The notes: generated by a model not told the origin, from the letters alone. A stretch of 64,000 bases of DNA from an uncultured delta proteobacterium (GCA_963848295.1 CAWKDB010000010.1:96001-160000); one strand, 5' to 3'. Counted from the first letter of the stretch, positions 19,718 through 30,015 are shown. Made by a program: numbers and translations.

Positions 19718-20722
19718 TCAGTTCACCGGGACCGAGCGAATCGACCAGGTCCCCTTGGGCAGCTTCTCGGCCCAATACACAGCAGTGTTGTTAGCGGCGA
19801 TCGCGGATAACTCACCTTTCGCGGTCGTGACCATCCGGGTCTTTCCGTCGGCGGTGCGCGCCACAATCGCGCGCCCCTTCGTGTAGAACAGCTCGCGATC
19901 ATTGGCGGCGCACGCCACGCCAGGGTCATCGCTCTTGCGGGGGTCCGGTACCTGGACCGCCGGTCCGCCCTTGATCGGCGCGCTGAACAGCTCGATCAAC
20001 GCGCCCGGCTGCTGCGATGCGAGCGTCTGCCGGAACCACCACACGGTGGTCGCGGTCACAGCGATACACTGGATCGGGCCAGCGGGCGCCGAGACCGCTG
20101 CGATCTCCCCGCGGTTGCTGACCTTGAGCGTCGTACTCGCAATTTCGTATGCGACGAACGTAGCGTCACCCGCGCGCGCGACTTCCAGTTCGCCCGACGT
20201 TGCTGCAGCGGCCGTCGGATCGGGCAGCGCCACCGGCGCCAGCGCACCGGTCTTCAGATCGACGCGGATCGCGCGTGTTTCATAGCCGACCTGTCCCATG
20301 ACCTGGCCGATCACGATCACCGCGCCATCGACTGCGACGATGCCATTCGCCTGATCTATGACATGCTGCCTGACGTGTCGCGGAGCACCGTCATCCAGGT
20401 TGATCGCGTACACGTCCCCGCTCATGTTGGTGACGTAGTACGCCACGCCTGTGGCGATGGAGATCGAGCCTGCCGGGAGGACTCCGAGCAAGTGGAGGTC
20501 GCCTCCGGGCGTGACCGTGTAGATGCCGTTTGCCGGACCTGTGTCGTCGGCCGTCTCACCGCGCTGTGTCTGGACGACGAGCTTCGCACCCACCGCTTGG
20601 ATCCAGACCGGAATCTCTGGGATTTCGATGACTTGAGATCCCCGCGCCGCATGGCCCCCGCATCCATCCAACGCGAGTGGTGCTAACAGCGCAGTCGCTG
20701 CAACGAGATGGCGTCTTCCCAC
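19718..20722 (-). CDS. Hypothetical lipoprotein, beta-propeller-like
   Basis: Signal peptide with LALDGC; repeated beta-strand blades (IAVTATTVWWF, IAANNTAVYWAE). Confidence 0.72.
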   Translation of the reverse strand: MGRRHLVAATALLAPLALDGCGGHAARGSQVIEIPEIPVWIQAVGAKLVVQTQRGETADDTGPANGIYTVTPGGDLHLLGVLPAGSISIATGVAYYVTNMSGDVYAINLDDGAPRHVRQHVIDQANGIVAVDGAVIVIGQVMGQVGYETRAIRVDLKTGALAPVALPDPTAAAATSGELEVARAGDATFVAYEIASTTLKVSNRGEIAAVSAPAGPIQCIAVTATTVWWFRQTLASQQPGALIELFSAPIKGGPAVQVPDPRKSDDPGVACAANDRELFYTKGRAIVARTADGKTRMVTTAKGELSAIAANNTAVYWAEKLPKGTWSIRSVPVN

Positions 20723-20757
20723 GTTGCGATGATACTCCAGCTACAACAGACCTCTGA

Positions 20758-22242
20758 TTCGATGACCAGGGCGAGCAAGCAGCCACCGCAACGACGGGCA
20801 AGACCGCACCGGTTCGCGAGGAGCGGGTCACCGAGAAGCATGGGGAGCAGACGTGGAACCGGGACGAAGGCGTGATGGGCATCCTGCCCGCACAACCCAT
20901 CGGCATCGAATACGCGACCGGCAAGGCCGAGAGTTTCAAGCTCATGGCGGAGGAGACTGACTCCTCACGCGTGACGATGACAGGCACGCGGAGATCTGGC
21001 GAAGGGGCTGCCTTCCACAGCCAGATCCGGATGATGAACAACTACAACGAGGACGTTTGGTCGATCGAGGAGTCGCAGCGCGAGTACGACTCGATGGCTC
21101 CGCTCGGGAACTTGGCGGTGCAGTCGTTCGCCAAGCTCCAGATGGTCGGGAAAACGATCGGCGTGGACGAAGGCTTCCAGCTCGATGCCAAGGAGACCGC
21201 CGCCCTCGGACCGGCGTCCAGAACCGCCGAGAACATCGGCATGCTCCAGGACGGCGAAGGCCACTCCGTAAAATCTGCCGCCGACAAGGTCAGCGGCTTA
21301 CGCGTGGAGTTGCTCGGGGCGGGTACGAACATGGCATCCGTCGCGGACAAGGTCGTGTTGCGCAAGCTAAAAGAAGAGCTCGAGACCGAGAAGGGCAACA
21401 AGGAAAAGATCGAAAAGAAGATCGAGAAGATCGCGGGCGTCATCGGTTATCTCGACAAGGCGGGTGCACTCGTGGCCGGTGGCGCTGGGCTGGTTGCGGG
21501 GCCGGGAGCTGCAGCGACCGCTGCCGCTGAGTTGGATGAGGCGAGCGCCGTCGCCCCGGAGATGAAGAGCCTCCAGGAAGGTGGCGACAAAGTCGAGAAG
21601 GCCGGCGGACCACTCGAGGGAATCGCGAAGGTGGGGCTCGAGATGTTCTACGCCAAGGAGATGAACGCGATCCAAGGCAAGATTGCGACGATCACCGCGG
21701 AGATTCCGGGTGCCGAATACCGGCTAGAGCGCGACGCGATCAAAGCCGCGAAGGATCACTTCGACGGCGTCGCCAGGCTGTACGAGAGCGCCGTCGAGAA
21801 CTACAAACTGGCGATCAACAATCGGCGCGAGTCGATGGGGGCGATCGGCGGCAGGGCCGACAACGTCGTCGACAAGACTGGCAACGATGCGATGGATTCA
21901 CAAGCGATGGTCTACACCGCCACTGCGTACGAAACGCAATCCTTCCTCGGCACCGCGATGGAGGCCGGAGCACGTACCCAGGCGAAGGTCGATCAGGCGT
22001 CCCACGACATGCGCACCCGCCGAAACCAACACTGGGGGATGCTCAGTGACGCGATGGACGTGACGAATGAACCGCGTACTGAGGGCGAAGACGGGCCGGA
22101 CATTCAAGGCATCAAACACATGAGCCGGCTCATGATGTGGTGGATGCAGGGCGCAGGCAAGGTCGCAGGCGACGTCGATCGACAGGTCGACAAGAAGGCG
22201 AGTCACGTCATGGGCGCGGTCGGATATAGCGGCCACTACTGA
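20758..22242 (+). pseudogene. Probably 5'-truncated helical toxin/effector-like gene (first start codon at 20872)
   Basis: Frame is open from 20758 (after TGA) for 38 codons without a start codon; coiled coils flank a Gly/Ala hydrophobic segment. Confidence 0.5.
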
Positions 22243-22327
22243 CGCGCCGATGCAAACGACTTCGGATCCCGATCGTACGGGATGCTCCTTCTCGCACGCG
22301 ATGGGGCTCGGCGACGGAAGCTACAGC

Positions 22328-22346
22328 TTTCGCGGTTCCCGCGAAA
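22328..22346. terminator. Hairpin between convergent genes
   Basis: TTTCGCGG-TTC-CCGCGAAA just after the ppc stop. Confidence 0.55.
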
Positions 22347-22349
22347 CGC

Positions 22350-25007
22350 CTACCCTGCGGTCTGGAGGCCGGCCGCGATGCCGCCGATCGTCGTGGAGAC
22401 GATCCGTCCGAGCCGCGCGTGATCGCCGAGCGCGGCGCGCCGGCGGAGGAGCGCTTCGATCTGGATGTGCGACAGCAGATCGAGGTGAGGATTGCGCCGG
22501 GCGACCGAGGTCGCGAGGTACGGGCGGTTCACGAGTGGATCGGTGATCGCCAAGGTCTCGTGCAGGGCAGCGACCGTGCGCGCGTGCTCGGTCTCGATCA
22601 GCTCGAACAGCTTTGCGGCGTCTGGATCGGCAAGCCTCGCGTACTCGCGGGCCACGTCGATGTCGGCGCGCACCAGTGAGAGCTCGCAGTTTCGGATCAG
22701 GGCTCGAAAGAACTTCGACCGGCGCACGAGGTCGCGCACGCCATCGACGCCGAGCTCCGACGCGAGCGCCTCGATCGCGGTGCCGACCCCGAACCATCCG
22801 GGAATGCCGTGGCGGCTCTGGGTCCAAGAGAACACCCACGGAATCGCGCGCAGCGACTCCAGCGTGAGGCCGCCTTTGCGCGACGCCGGCCGCGAGCCCA
22901 GCGGGAGGTGCGCGACGTCTTCGATAGGGGTTGCCGCGAGTGTGTACCGCGCGAGCCGATCCTCGTCGGCAGTCAGCTCGAGATACGCGAGCCGAGCGGC
23001 GGCCGCGGCGCGTTGAAGCATCGGGTCGTCGGCCAGATCGTCGTCGCGCTTGCGGTCGCAAGTCGCCGCGAGCACGGCGGCCAGCGTCTGCTCGAGATCG
23101 CGCTCTGCGATCTCGGGTTGGGCGTAGCGCGCCGTGACCGTCTCGCCCTGCTCGGTGACGCGGAGACGTCCGCGTACCGCCGACGCCGGTTGCGCCAGGA
23201 TCGCGTCGCTCTCCGGTCCGCCGCCGCGGCCGAGCGCGCCGCCTCGACCGTGGAAGATCGTGAGCATCACACCGGACTTGTTGGCCACGGCGGCGAGCTC
23301 GACTTGCGCGTGACGCAGCACGACCGCCGCCGCGACGTACCCGACCTGCTTGCCGGAATCCGAGTACCCGATCATCACCTCGAGCTCGCCGCGGAGCTCG
23401 GCCGATAACGCGGGCTGTGCGAGGATGTCGGTCGCGATCGCTCCCGCGCGCGACAGGTCCTCGAGTTGCTCGAGCAGCGGCACCGGCCGGAGCTCACCGG
23501 GCGCGAGGCCGGCAGCACGAGCAAGGAACGCGACCTCGAGCAGATCCGAGACCTCGCGCGTGAAGCTGATCACGTAACGCTCGCAGGCGCGCGGTCCGAG
23601 CTCGCGGCGCGCGCGACCTATCGCATCGAGCGTCGCCAGCAGATCCTTCGTTGCTTCGGAGGCACCTTGCCGATCGCGCTCTGGCGCAAATGGCCGAGCG
23701 AGGACTTCGCCGAGCACCTTCCGTCGGGCCGCCTCGTCGCGAGCGAGATACCCGGTCACGCCACCGCGGGTCAGCAGCTCGCCGACGACGCGCTCGTGAA
23801 CGCTTGAATGTTGGCGCAGGTCGAGCGATGCGAGGTGAAACCCGAAGACGTCGACGCGGCGTCGAGCGTCGCGGAGCTCTTCGTTAGCGACCTCGGCGAG
23901 CCCGGCCGCGCGCAGGTTGCGATCGAGGAGGTCGAGCTCGTCGTGGTATGCGGTCGCATCGACGTAAGCTTCGTCGCGTTGGTCGAGCGTCGCGCGCAGC
24001 CGCGCCTGCATGTACCAGAGCTTCTCGCGCCATGGCTCGTACGCGGTTCGCGGCCGGGCCCGGGCGGCGACTTCCGGGAGGCGCTCGCGATCGAGCGCGA
24101 GAGACCTCTCGAGCTCCTCGATCGACCCGGCCGACCCGTTGGCGCGCAGCGACGACACCGACAACGTCCGCCCGAGGGTCACGACGTCTTCGAGGTAACG
24201 CGAGATCGCGACCGTGCGCTGACGAGCGAGCGCCGTGCGCGTCACCGGTGCGGTGACGTTCGGGTTGCCGTCGCGGTCGCCGCCGACCCAGGTCCCCCAC
24301 CGCAGGAACGTCGGGAGCCGCCAGGTCTCGCCGAGGCGCTGCCCGAGCCGATCCTCCGCGGTCCGATAGATTCGCGGCGTCACATCCAACAGCGAGCGGC
24401 GAAACACGTCGAGAGAGTTCTCGATCTCGTCGATCGGCGTGGGACGCCGCGCACGCGAATCCTCCGAGGCGAGGAGCGCGAGGACCTCGGCCGCGAGCAT
24501 CTGTTTGGCACGCGCGCGCCCGGTCCGATCGAGGTCATCGAGGATCGCGGTGATCCTCGCGAGGTGATCGAGCGCGGTCCGGCGTCGCGCCTCGGTGGGA
24601 TGAGCCGTCAACACCGGCATGACCAACGCCGCATCGAACAGGGTGCGTAGCTCGGGTGCGGTCGCGCCGGCATCGATCACGGAATCGATCGTTGCTGCTA
24701 GGCCGTCGGGGATGCGATCGCCACGCGATCGAAGCGTGCGGAGACGTTGGCGCTCCTCGGCGATGTTCATCAGGTGGCACCACAGGGCCTGCGCACGCGC
24801 CACTTCTTCGAGCTCACCCTCGGTGAGATGGGAGAACTGATCGGCAAGCGCACGTCGTCCGCCGGACAGCTCGCCGGCTCGGAGCTCGGTCGCCGTCGCC
24901 CCCAGGCGTCTACTCAGCTCGAATGCGGACGGTCCATCGAGCGTCGCGACCGCCGCCCACAACGCGTCGACGAGATGCGTGATGTCGCGCTCCAGAGGCT
25001 CGTCCAC
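22350..25007 (-). CDS. ppc: Phosphoenolpyruvate carboxylase
   Basis: VLTAHPTEA, WVGGDRDGNPNVT, EVMIGYSDSGK, FHGRGGALGRGGGP, LRAIPWVFSWTQSR, C-terminal IAAGLQTAG. Confidence 0.97.
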   Translation of the reverse strand: MDEPLERDITHLVDALWAAVATLDGPSAFELSRRLGATATELRAGELSGGRRALADQFSHLTEGELEEVARAQALWCHLMNIAEERQRLRTLRSRGDRIPDGLAATIDSVIDAGATAPELRTLFDAALVMPVLTAHPTEARRRTALDHLARITAILDDLDRTGRARAKQMLAAEVLALLASEDSRARRPTPIDEIENSLDVFRRSLLDVTPRIYRTAEDRLGQRLGETWRLPTFLRWGTWVGGDRDGNPNVTAPVTRTALARQRTVAISRYLEDVVTLGRTLSVSSLRANGSAGSIEELERSLALDRERLPEVAARARPRTAYEPWREKLWYMQARLRATLDQRDEAYVDATAYHDELDLLDRNLRAAGLAEVANEELRDARRRVDVFGFHLASLDLRQHSSVHERVVGELLTRGGVTGYLARDEAARRKVLGEVLARPFAPERDRQGASEATKDLLATLDAIGRARRELGPRACERYVISFTREVSDLLEVAFLARAAGLAPGELRPVPLLEQLEDLSRAGAIATDILAQPALSAELRGELEVMIGYSDSGKQVGYVAAAVVLRHAQVELAAVANKSGVMLTIFHGRGGALGRGGGPESDAILAQPASAVRGRLRVTEQGETVTARYAQPEIAERDLEQTLAAVLAATCDRKRDDDLADDPMLQRAAAAARLAYLELTADEDRLARYTLAATPIEDVAHLPLGSRPASRKGGLTLESLRAIPWVFSWTQSRHGIPGWFGVGTAIEALASELGVDGVRDLVRRSKFFRALIRNCELSLVRADIDVAREYARLADPDAAKLFELIETEHARTVAALHETLAITDPLVNRPYLATSVARRNPHLDLLSHIQIEALLRRRAALGDHARLGRIVSTTIGGIAAGLQTAG

Positions 25008-25176
25008 GCTCCCGTTGTAGTAGATGACGGTCGGACAAGCAGCCCATCCGGAAGCCGATCATCGTCACCGTCAGCGCGACGGCGATGGCGCCGACGTGCG
25101 GCCGACTCACCTGACTCGATCCGAGCGCATGGCGGCGAGCGCGGTACGCTTCGAGCATCCAACCGCTGGAGGAGTC

Positions 25177-25308
25177 ATGTGGGACCTCGGAACAAACCAT
25201 CCGGACTACACCTACTCGAACGACGACGCGCAGGCCAAGCTGGCCCTGGTCTTGAGCTCGGTCGCCGCGACCGTCTGGGTCTGGATCATCCTCGTCGTCG
25301 TCGCGTGA
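25177..25308 (+). CDS. Small single-TM protein (43 aa)
   Basis: GGAGGA RBS before ATG 25177; C-terminal hydrophobic helix. Confidence 0.55.
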   Translation: MWDLGTNHPDYTYSNDDAQAKLALVLSSVAATVWVWIILVVVA

Positions 25309-25319
25309 GCCCGCGCCGA

Positions 25320-25850
25320 TCAAACCCTCGCGCCGGCCGCGTGGATCGCGGTCTCGGTGGCGCCGGTGCGTAGCAAGATCGCCCGGGCGCGGTCGACCTC
25401 GCCCGCCGTGCCATGAACCGCAAGGACGAATTGATCGGCCTTGAGAGCGCGCTCGTACCGGATGACGCTGTCCTTGGGGATCCCGACGTTGTACAGCGCG
25501 GCGCCGACCACGCTCAGGCCGCCGACGACGACCGCGCCCTCGAGCACACCCACGAGCCAGCTGACGACCGGCCCGGCGAGGGCCAGCGGTCCGATCCCCG
25601 GCACGATGAAGAACGCGCCCCCGAACAACGCGCCCCACAACCCGCCCCAGAACGCACCGCGCGTGCCCCAGGCCTTCAGTCGATCGCCGTGGTTGTAGTA
25701 CCCGACGACTTGTTCCTCGGTGTGATAGTCGCGCCCCATGATCGACAGCGACTTCATGTCGACCCCGGATCGTTGCAGCTCCTTGACCGCGGCCTCGGCC
25801 AACTGGTGAGTCGGATAGATCGCCACCGCGATGTCGTCGTGGTTCGGCAT
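25320..25850 (-). CDS. General stress protein 17M / DUF1269-like membrane protein
   Basis: AIYPTHQLAEAAVKELQRSG, RDYHTEEQVVGYYN, Gly-zipper GAFWGGLWGALFGG, IPGIGP, GIPKDSVIRYE. Confidence 0.85.
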   Translation of the reverse strand: MPNHDDIAVAIYPTHQLAEAAVKELQRSGVDMKSLSIMGRDYHTEEQVVGYYNHGDRLKAWGTRGAFWGGLWGALFGGAFFIVPGIGPLALAGPVVSWLVGVLEGAVVVGGLSVVGAALYNVGIPKDSVIRYERALKADQFVLAVHGTAGEVDRARAILLRTGATETAIHAAGARV

Positions 25851-25874
25851 GGTCGTTCTCCCTTCACCGGGTAC

Positions 25875-25900
25875 GACGCACGCTGCATCGCGACGTTCAG
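25875..25900 (-). promoter_or_regulatory. Putative ECF sigma promoter
   Basis: CTGAAC-N16-CGTC; one of five copies. Confidence 0.65.
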
Positions 25901-25939
25901 CTGCGCGCACCGAGGCGACGCCGCACGCCGGGCGAGCGG

Positions 25940-26347
25940 TTACGCGTCGCCGGGCGGCGCGTATTGCAGCGCGGCGGCTCGGATCACGTCGAGATCGAAC
26001 GGCTTGTCGATCACGCACGAGGCGCCGAGCCGTCGTGCTTCGGCGCGAGTGACCTCGTCGGCAAACGCGGTGATCAAGATGAACGGCATCGACCAGTCGA
26101 CCGCGCGTAGATGCGCGAGGACCTCGAGGCCGGTCAGCGACGGCATCCGTTGGTCTGCGATGATGAGATCGACGCAGCGCTGATCGCGCGCGGAGATGAT
26201 CAAGCGACGAACCCAGGCTTCGAGCTCGAAGCCATCGCTCGCGTCGATGACCCGGAACCGGTCGGTCTCGAGCGAGATCGTGAGCAGATGGCGCAACAGC
26301 GGATCGTCTTCAGCAACCAGGACGACAGGCGATCGAGTCTCGGTCAT
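25940..26347 (-). CDS. Single-domain response regulator
   Basis: VLVAEDD, LIIADQRMP, ILITAF, DKPF. Confidence 0.92.
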   Translation of the reverse strand: MTETRSPVVLVAEDDPLLRHLLTISLETDRFRVIDASDGFELEAWVRRLIISARDQRCVDLIIADQRMPSLTGLEVLAHLRAVDWSMPFILITAFADEVTRAEARRLGASCVIDKPFDLDVIRAAALQYAPPGDA

Positions 26348-27855
26348 GAGGAACCCCTTCCGTGATCGTTCGATGGTGCGGGCGATGGCTGCTCGGGCTC
26401 GAGTGGCAGCGCGATCGCGAATTGACTTCCTTCGCCCGGTTTCGAGCTGACATCGATCCAACCGTTGTGCTCCGCGACGATGCCGTAGGCAACCGAAAGT
26501 CCGAGCCCGGTGCCTTCGCCGACATCCTTCGTCGTGAAGAACGGCTCGAAGATGTGGGGCAGGACGTCCGGCGCGATGCCCGGTCCGGTGTCCGCGATCT
26601 CGATCTTGGCGAAGTCCCCGGCGATCTGCTCCGGATTCTCTAGGTTCGACCCGACGAAGCGAGTGACCTTCACCGACATCCGACCCTTGTGCCCCATCGC
26701 CTGCAATCCGTTGACGACGAGGTTGGTGATCACCTGCTGGATCTGGCCGCGATCGACGCTACAGACGAGGACGCGGTCGCCGACGTCGACGTCGAGGTCG
26801 ACCCGGTGTTGCGACGCGAGCGGCGCGAGCAGCGCGAGCGTGTCCCGCACGAGTGGGCCGACTTCGACGCGCGCCCGTTGCGGGGCGCCGCGTCGCGCGA
26901 AATCGAGCAGCTGGCGAAGGATCTTGGCGACCCGCTGGGTCTGCTCGATGACGATCGACGCGCTGTCGTGATCGCGCGTCCCGGGCGGGTGCCTGCTCGT
27001 GATCAACTGCGCGTGACCGCTGATCACGTTGAGCGGAGTCCCGATCTCGTGCGCCATGCCCGCCGCGAGCTTGCCGACGGTCGACAACCGGTCGGCGTGA
27101 CGGACCAGCTCGAGCGCCGTGATCTTCTCGGTGGTCTCGGCCGCGAGTCGATCGCGCGCCTCGGCGAGGCGATCGCACATGATGTCCACCTCGGCCCCGA
27201 GCTGCCCGAGCTCGTCCTTCTGCGCGAGGTGAAGCCGCGCCGACAGATCACCGCCGCCGATCCGGCGGGTCTGCTCGACCAGCCGATTGACCGGCCGGCC
27301 CACGAGCACCGCGCCGAGCGCGAGCGCCAAGCCTCCGCACAGCCCGACCACGATCAGCGCCGCGATCGTCGCATGTCGAATCGTCCGGTGGATGAGGCTC
27401 TCTTCCCGGGCCAGCGAGCGTTGCACCTCGATCGCGCCGCGCCGCCCGTTCGGCGCCGCCGCGGCGACGTAGGTGAACGTGGAGTCAGCCTGATCGCCGG
27501 CGCGACGCCCACGCACGACCAGCGGTGCGCCGTCGGCCAGCGCCGCGAGCGACGCCGACGTCTCGATCGGCGCATCGCGATCGCTCGCGGCGACGTCGAG
27601 CCACACCCACCGGATCGCGACCCGGTGCTGGCGTCGGTTGGCGCCTTCGACGAGCAGCCGTGCCTCGGCCTCCCCGGCCGAGCGCCACACGCTCGTGGTC
27701 GCTCCCGCGAGCGTTCGACCGAGCATCACATCATCGTCGTGAAGCGCGGCCTCGGACTCGTCGACCTCGCGACCGACGCGAAACCCCGAGCTGACCGCGA
27801 TCACCGGAAGGATCGCGAGCACGAGCCCGATCGTGAGCTTCAGCGTGACGCGCAT
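26344..27855 (-). CDS. HAMP-domain sensor histidine kinase
   Basis: Two TMs, HAMP, AHEIGTPL, QQVITNLVVN, DTGPGI, FEPFFTTK, GTGLGLS. Confidence 0.95.
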   Translation of the reverse strand: MRVTLKLTIGLVLAILPVIAVSSGFRVGREVDESEAALHDDDVMLGRTLAGATTSVWRSAGEAEARLLVEGANRRQHRVAIRWVWLDVAASDRDAPIETSASLAALADGAPLVVRGRRAGDQADSTFTYVAAAAPNGRRGAIEVQRSLAREESLIHRTIRHATIAALIVVGLCGGLALALGAVLVGRPVNRLVEQTRRIGGGDLSARLHLAQKDELGQLGAEVDIMCDRLAEARDRLAAETTEKITALELVRHADRLSTVGKLAAGMAHEIGTPLNVISGHAQLITSRHPPGTRDHDSASIVIEQTQRVAKILRQLLDFARRGAPQRARVEVGPLVRDTLALLAPLASQHRVDLDVDVGDRVLVCSVDRGQIQQVITNLVVNGLQAMGHKGRMSVKVTRFVGSNLENPEQIAGDFAKIEIADTGPGIAPDVLPHIFEPFFTTKDVGEGTGLGLSVAYGIVAEHNGWIDVSSKPGEGSQFAIALPLEPEQPSPAPSNDHGRGSS

Positions 27856-27867
27856 CCAACCCCGTAC

Positions 27868-27893
27868 GACGACGCGCGGCGCCCGTCGTTCAC
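27868..27893 (-). promoter_or_regulatory. Putative ECF sigma promoter
   Basis: GTGAAC-N16-CGTC, 12 nt before ATG 27855. Confidence 0.65.
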
Positions 27894-27970
27894 CGAGCGG
27901 GAATGCACCGACCCGTGGGTCGGTTAACGCGTCAGCGACACCGGGTCTGATTGCCTCGACCCGTGTGGCG

Positions 27971-28354
27971 TTACGACGCTGGCACGGCCGGCGGCTTGAA
28001 GTCGTAGACGAACGTCGCTCGGCCCTCGTTGCGGTCCGGTGGATCGAGCTTGAGGCCGGTCATCGTCTTCAAGACGCAGTCGCCGACCGGCTTCGGCGCG
28101 GTCGACTTGGTCGCATCGACCGTCGCGTCCGCGATGCTGCCGGTCTTCTTCTGAACGACGAACTTGACGGTCACCGTGCCGGCGGCCGTCGCGTCGGCCT
28201 TGAGCGCCTCGTCGTAGCAGCTCTGCAGCGGACCGTTGCCGGTGGCCAGCAACGCGGCCGTATCGGTCCGATACGCCTCGAGCCCTCGCGCCGTGCCGGT
28301 GCAGCCGGACGCGGAGGCGAACAACACGCATGCGATTGCGAGCGATTTCATCAT
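27971..28354 (-). CDS. Lipoprotein with AgmX/PglI-type TonB_C-like domain
   Basis: ASGC lipobox; LQSCYDEALKAD..AGTVTVKFVV...VGDCVLKTM. Confidence 0.78.
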   Translation of the reverse strand: MMKSLAIACVLFASASGCTGTARGLEAYRTDTAALLATGNGPLQSCYDEALKADATAAGTVTVKFVVQKKTGSIADATVDATKSTAPKPVGDCVLKTMTGLKLDPPDRNEGRATFVYDFKPPAVPAS

Positions 28355-28992
28355 GGCGTCTTCCCCTTCGCCGGAGTGTGGTTCGCCGTCTGCGTCGTTT
28401 TCGGCGTGGTCTCACCGACGTCGACCGTCTCGTGTTTTTCCTCGACGACCTTCTCGGCGCCGGTCTTGGGATCGACCTCGACCTTCTTCTTCGTGACGTC
28501 CTGCTCGAGGATCGAGAACTCGACCCGGCGGTTCTTCTCGCGACCGTCGTCGGTGCTGTTGTCGGCGATCGGCTTGTCGACCCCGTAGCCGACCGAGGTC
28601 AGCTCTTTCGCGGAGATTCCGTGACCGGTGAGGTACTTCATCACCGCGGCCGCGCGCTGCGAGGACAGCGTCAGGTTGTGGCTCGCGCTTCCCTCCGAGC
28701 TCGCATAGCCCTCGACCCGGATCCGCTTGATCTGCGGATTCTTCGTGATGACCGACGCGATCTCGTTCATCAGGTCGTCTGATTCCGGCTTGATCGTCGC
28801 CTTGTCGAAGTCGAACTGGATCTTCTCGTGGATCTCGATCTTGTTGTCACGCACCTCGACGCGCGGCGGCGCCGCGGCGACCGGAGCGGCGCTGCCGGTG
28901 ATAGCGAGCGTGCTCTGCCCCTGAAACACGACTGGCTTGCCGCAGGCCATGAGCGAGCCGGCGGCAACCGAGATAAGCAATATTGAGCGCAT
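28351..28992 (-). CDS. OmpA-family lipoprotein
   Basis: LMAC lipobox; IQFDFDKATI, IRVEGY, NLTLSSQRA, GREKNRRVEF. Confidence 0.9.
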   Translation of the reverse strand: MRSILLISVAAGSLMACGKPVVFQGQSTLAITGSAAPVAAAPPRVEVRDNKIEIHEKIQFDFDKATIKPESDDLMNEIASVITKNPQIKRIRVEGYASSEGSASHNLTLSSQRAAAVMKYLTGHGISAKELTSVGYGVDKPIADNSTDDGREKNRRVEFSILEQDVTKKKVEVDPKTGAEKVVEEKHETVDVGETTPKTTQTANHTPAKGKTP

Positions 28993-29002
28993 CTTGGGCC
29001 AG

Positions 29003-29028
29003 GACGGCTCGTCCGGGCGGGTGTTCAC
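29003..29028 (-). promoter_or_regulatory. Putative ECF sigma promoter
   Basis: GTGAAC-N16-CGTC, 10 nt before ATG 28992. Confidence 0.65.
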
Positions 29029-29112
29029 GACTCGCCGCGCTTTTGTGCGCGGTTTCGTCTAACTACGCGTCATCACTGGGGTCAGAGATCGCACGATCCG
29101 GAGCTATCGGCG

Positions 29113-30015
29113 CTATTTCTTGGGCGGGGTTCCGAGATCGTCGAGCGGAGGCAAATCGGACAGGTTGGGCTGCAACACGATCTCGATCCGGCGGTTTTGA
29201 GCCCGGTGCTCGTTCGTGTCGTTGGGGCCGATCGGATCGAACTCGCCATACCCGGCAGCGGCGAGCACCTTCGGGTTCATGCCCTGGGCGATGAGATAGT
29301 GGACGACCTCGACCGCACGCCGCGTCGATAGCTCCCAGTTCGACGGAAACAGCTCGGTGCGGATCGGCACGTTGTCGGTGTGGCCGGCGACGAGGAAGTC
29401 GCGATCGGGGACGGTCGCGAGCACCTGAGCGACCTTCGCGAGCGCGGCCTTGCCGTCGGCCTTGACGTCGGTCCGCCCCGAGGCGAACAAGATGTCGTTC
29501 GGCAGCGCGATGATCATCCGGCCGCCGCGGATCACGACCTTGAGCTGGCCCGAGTCGATCATCGAATGCAACTTCGCGACGAGGTTGCGGAACGTCGCCG
29601 CGCGCGCTTCGGCTGCGGCGGCCTGCTTGCGAAGCTCGTCGAGCCGCGCCGAGGTGTCGGCCATCGCCTGGGTGAGGGCGCCGCGCTCCTTCACGAGGCT
29701 GTCGACGTTCTGGCCGAGCTTCTCGAGCCGAGACTTGAGTGTCGTGATCAGCTGCGTGTCGTCGTCGAGCTGCTTCTGAAGCCCAGCTTTCTCGGCGACC
29801 GCTTTGTCGAGCGCGGCCTGCGTGTCGGCGAGCTTGCTCTGTTGCTCGAGAAAGTTCTTCTGCGCCGTCGCGATCTGATCGGACAGCGACGACTCGCGCT
29901 GCTTGGCCGCCGCGGCATCGGATTCGCGCGCCTTCGTAAGGTCAGCGATCTTGCGGTTGTAGGTGCCGCTACTGACGCATGCAGACAGGGCGAGGACCGC
30001 GATCAGCGCTTTCAT
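29113..30015 (-). CDS. MotB-like/OmpA-domain coiled-coil lipoprotein
   Basis: LSAC lipobox, long coiled coil, ILFASG, GHTDN, SNWELSTRRA, QNRRIEI. Confidence 0.9.
   Translation of the reverse strand: MKALIAVLALSACVSSGTYNRKIADLTKARESDAAAAKQRESSLSDQIATAQKNFLEQQSKLADTQAALDKAVAEKAGLQKQLDDDTQLITTLKSRLEKLGQNVDSLVKERGALTQAMADTSARLDELRKQAAAAEARAATFRNLVAKLHSMIDSGQLKVVIRGGRMIIALPNDILFASGRTDVKADGKAALAKVAQVLATVPDRDFLVAGHTDNVPIRTELFPSNWELSTRRAVEVVHYLIAQGMNPKVLAAAGYGEFDPIGPNDTNEHRAQNRRIEIVLQPNLSDLPPLDDLGTPPKK

Noticed and set aside
16839..22242. Prophage or autonomous integrative element
   Set aside because: No integrase, transposase, replication or virion genes are recognisable
22253..22264. Third degenerate att site (CAAACGACTTC vs CAAATGACTTC before the second repeat)
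   Set aside because: Only 10 of 11 bp match and no tRNA sequence follows; the position at the island end is suggestive but chance cannot be excluded
29113..30015. Flagellar stator MotB
   Set aside because: Has a lipobox instead of the MotB TM helix with conserved Asp, and no motA neighbour
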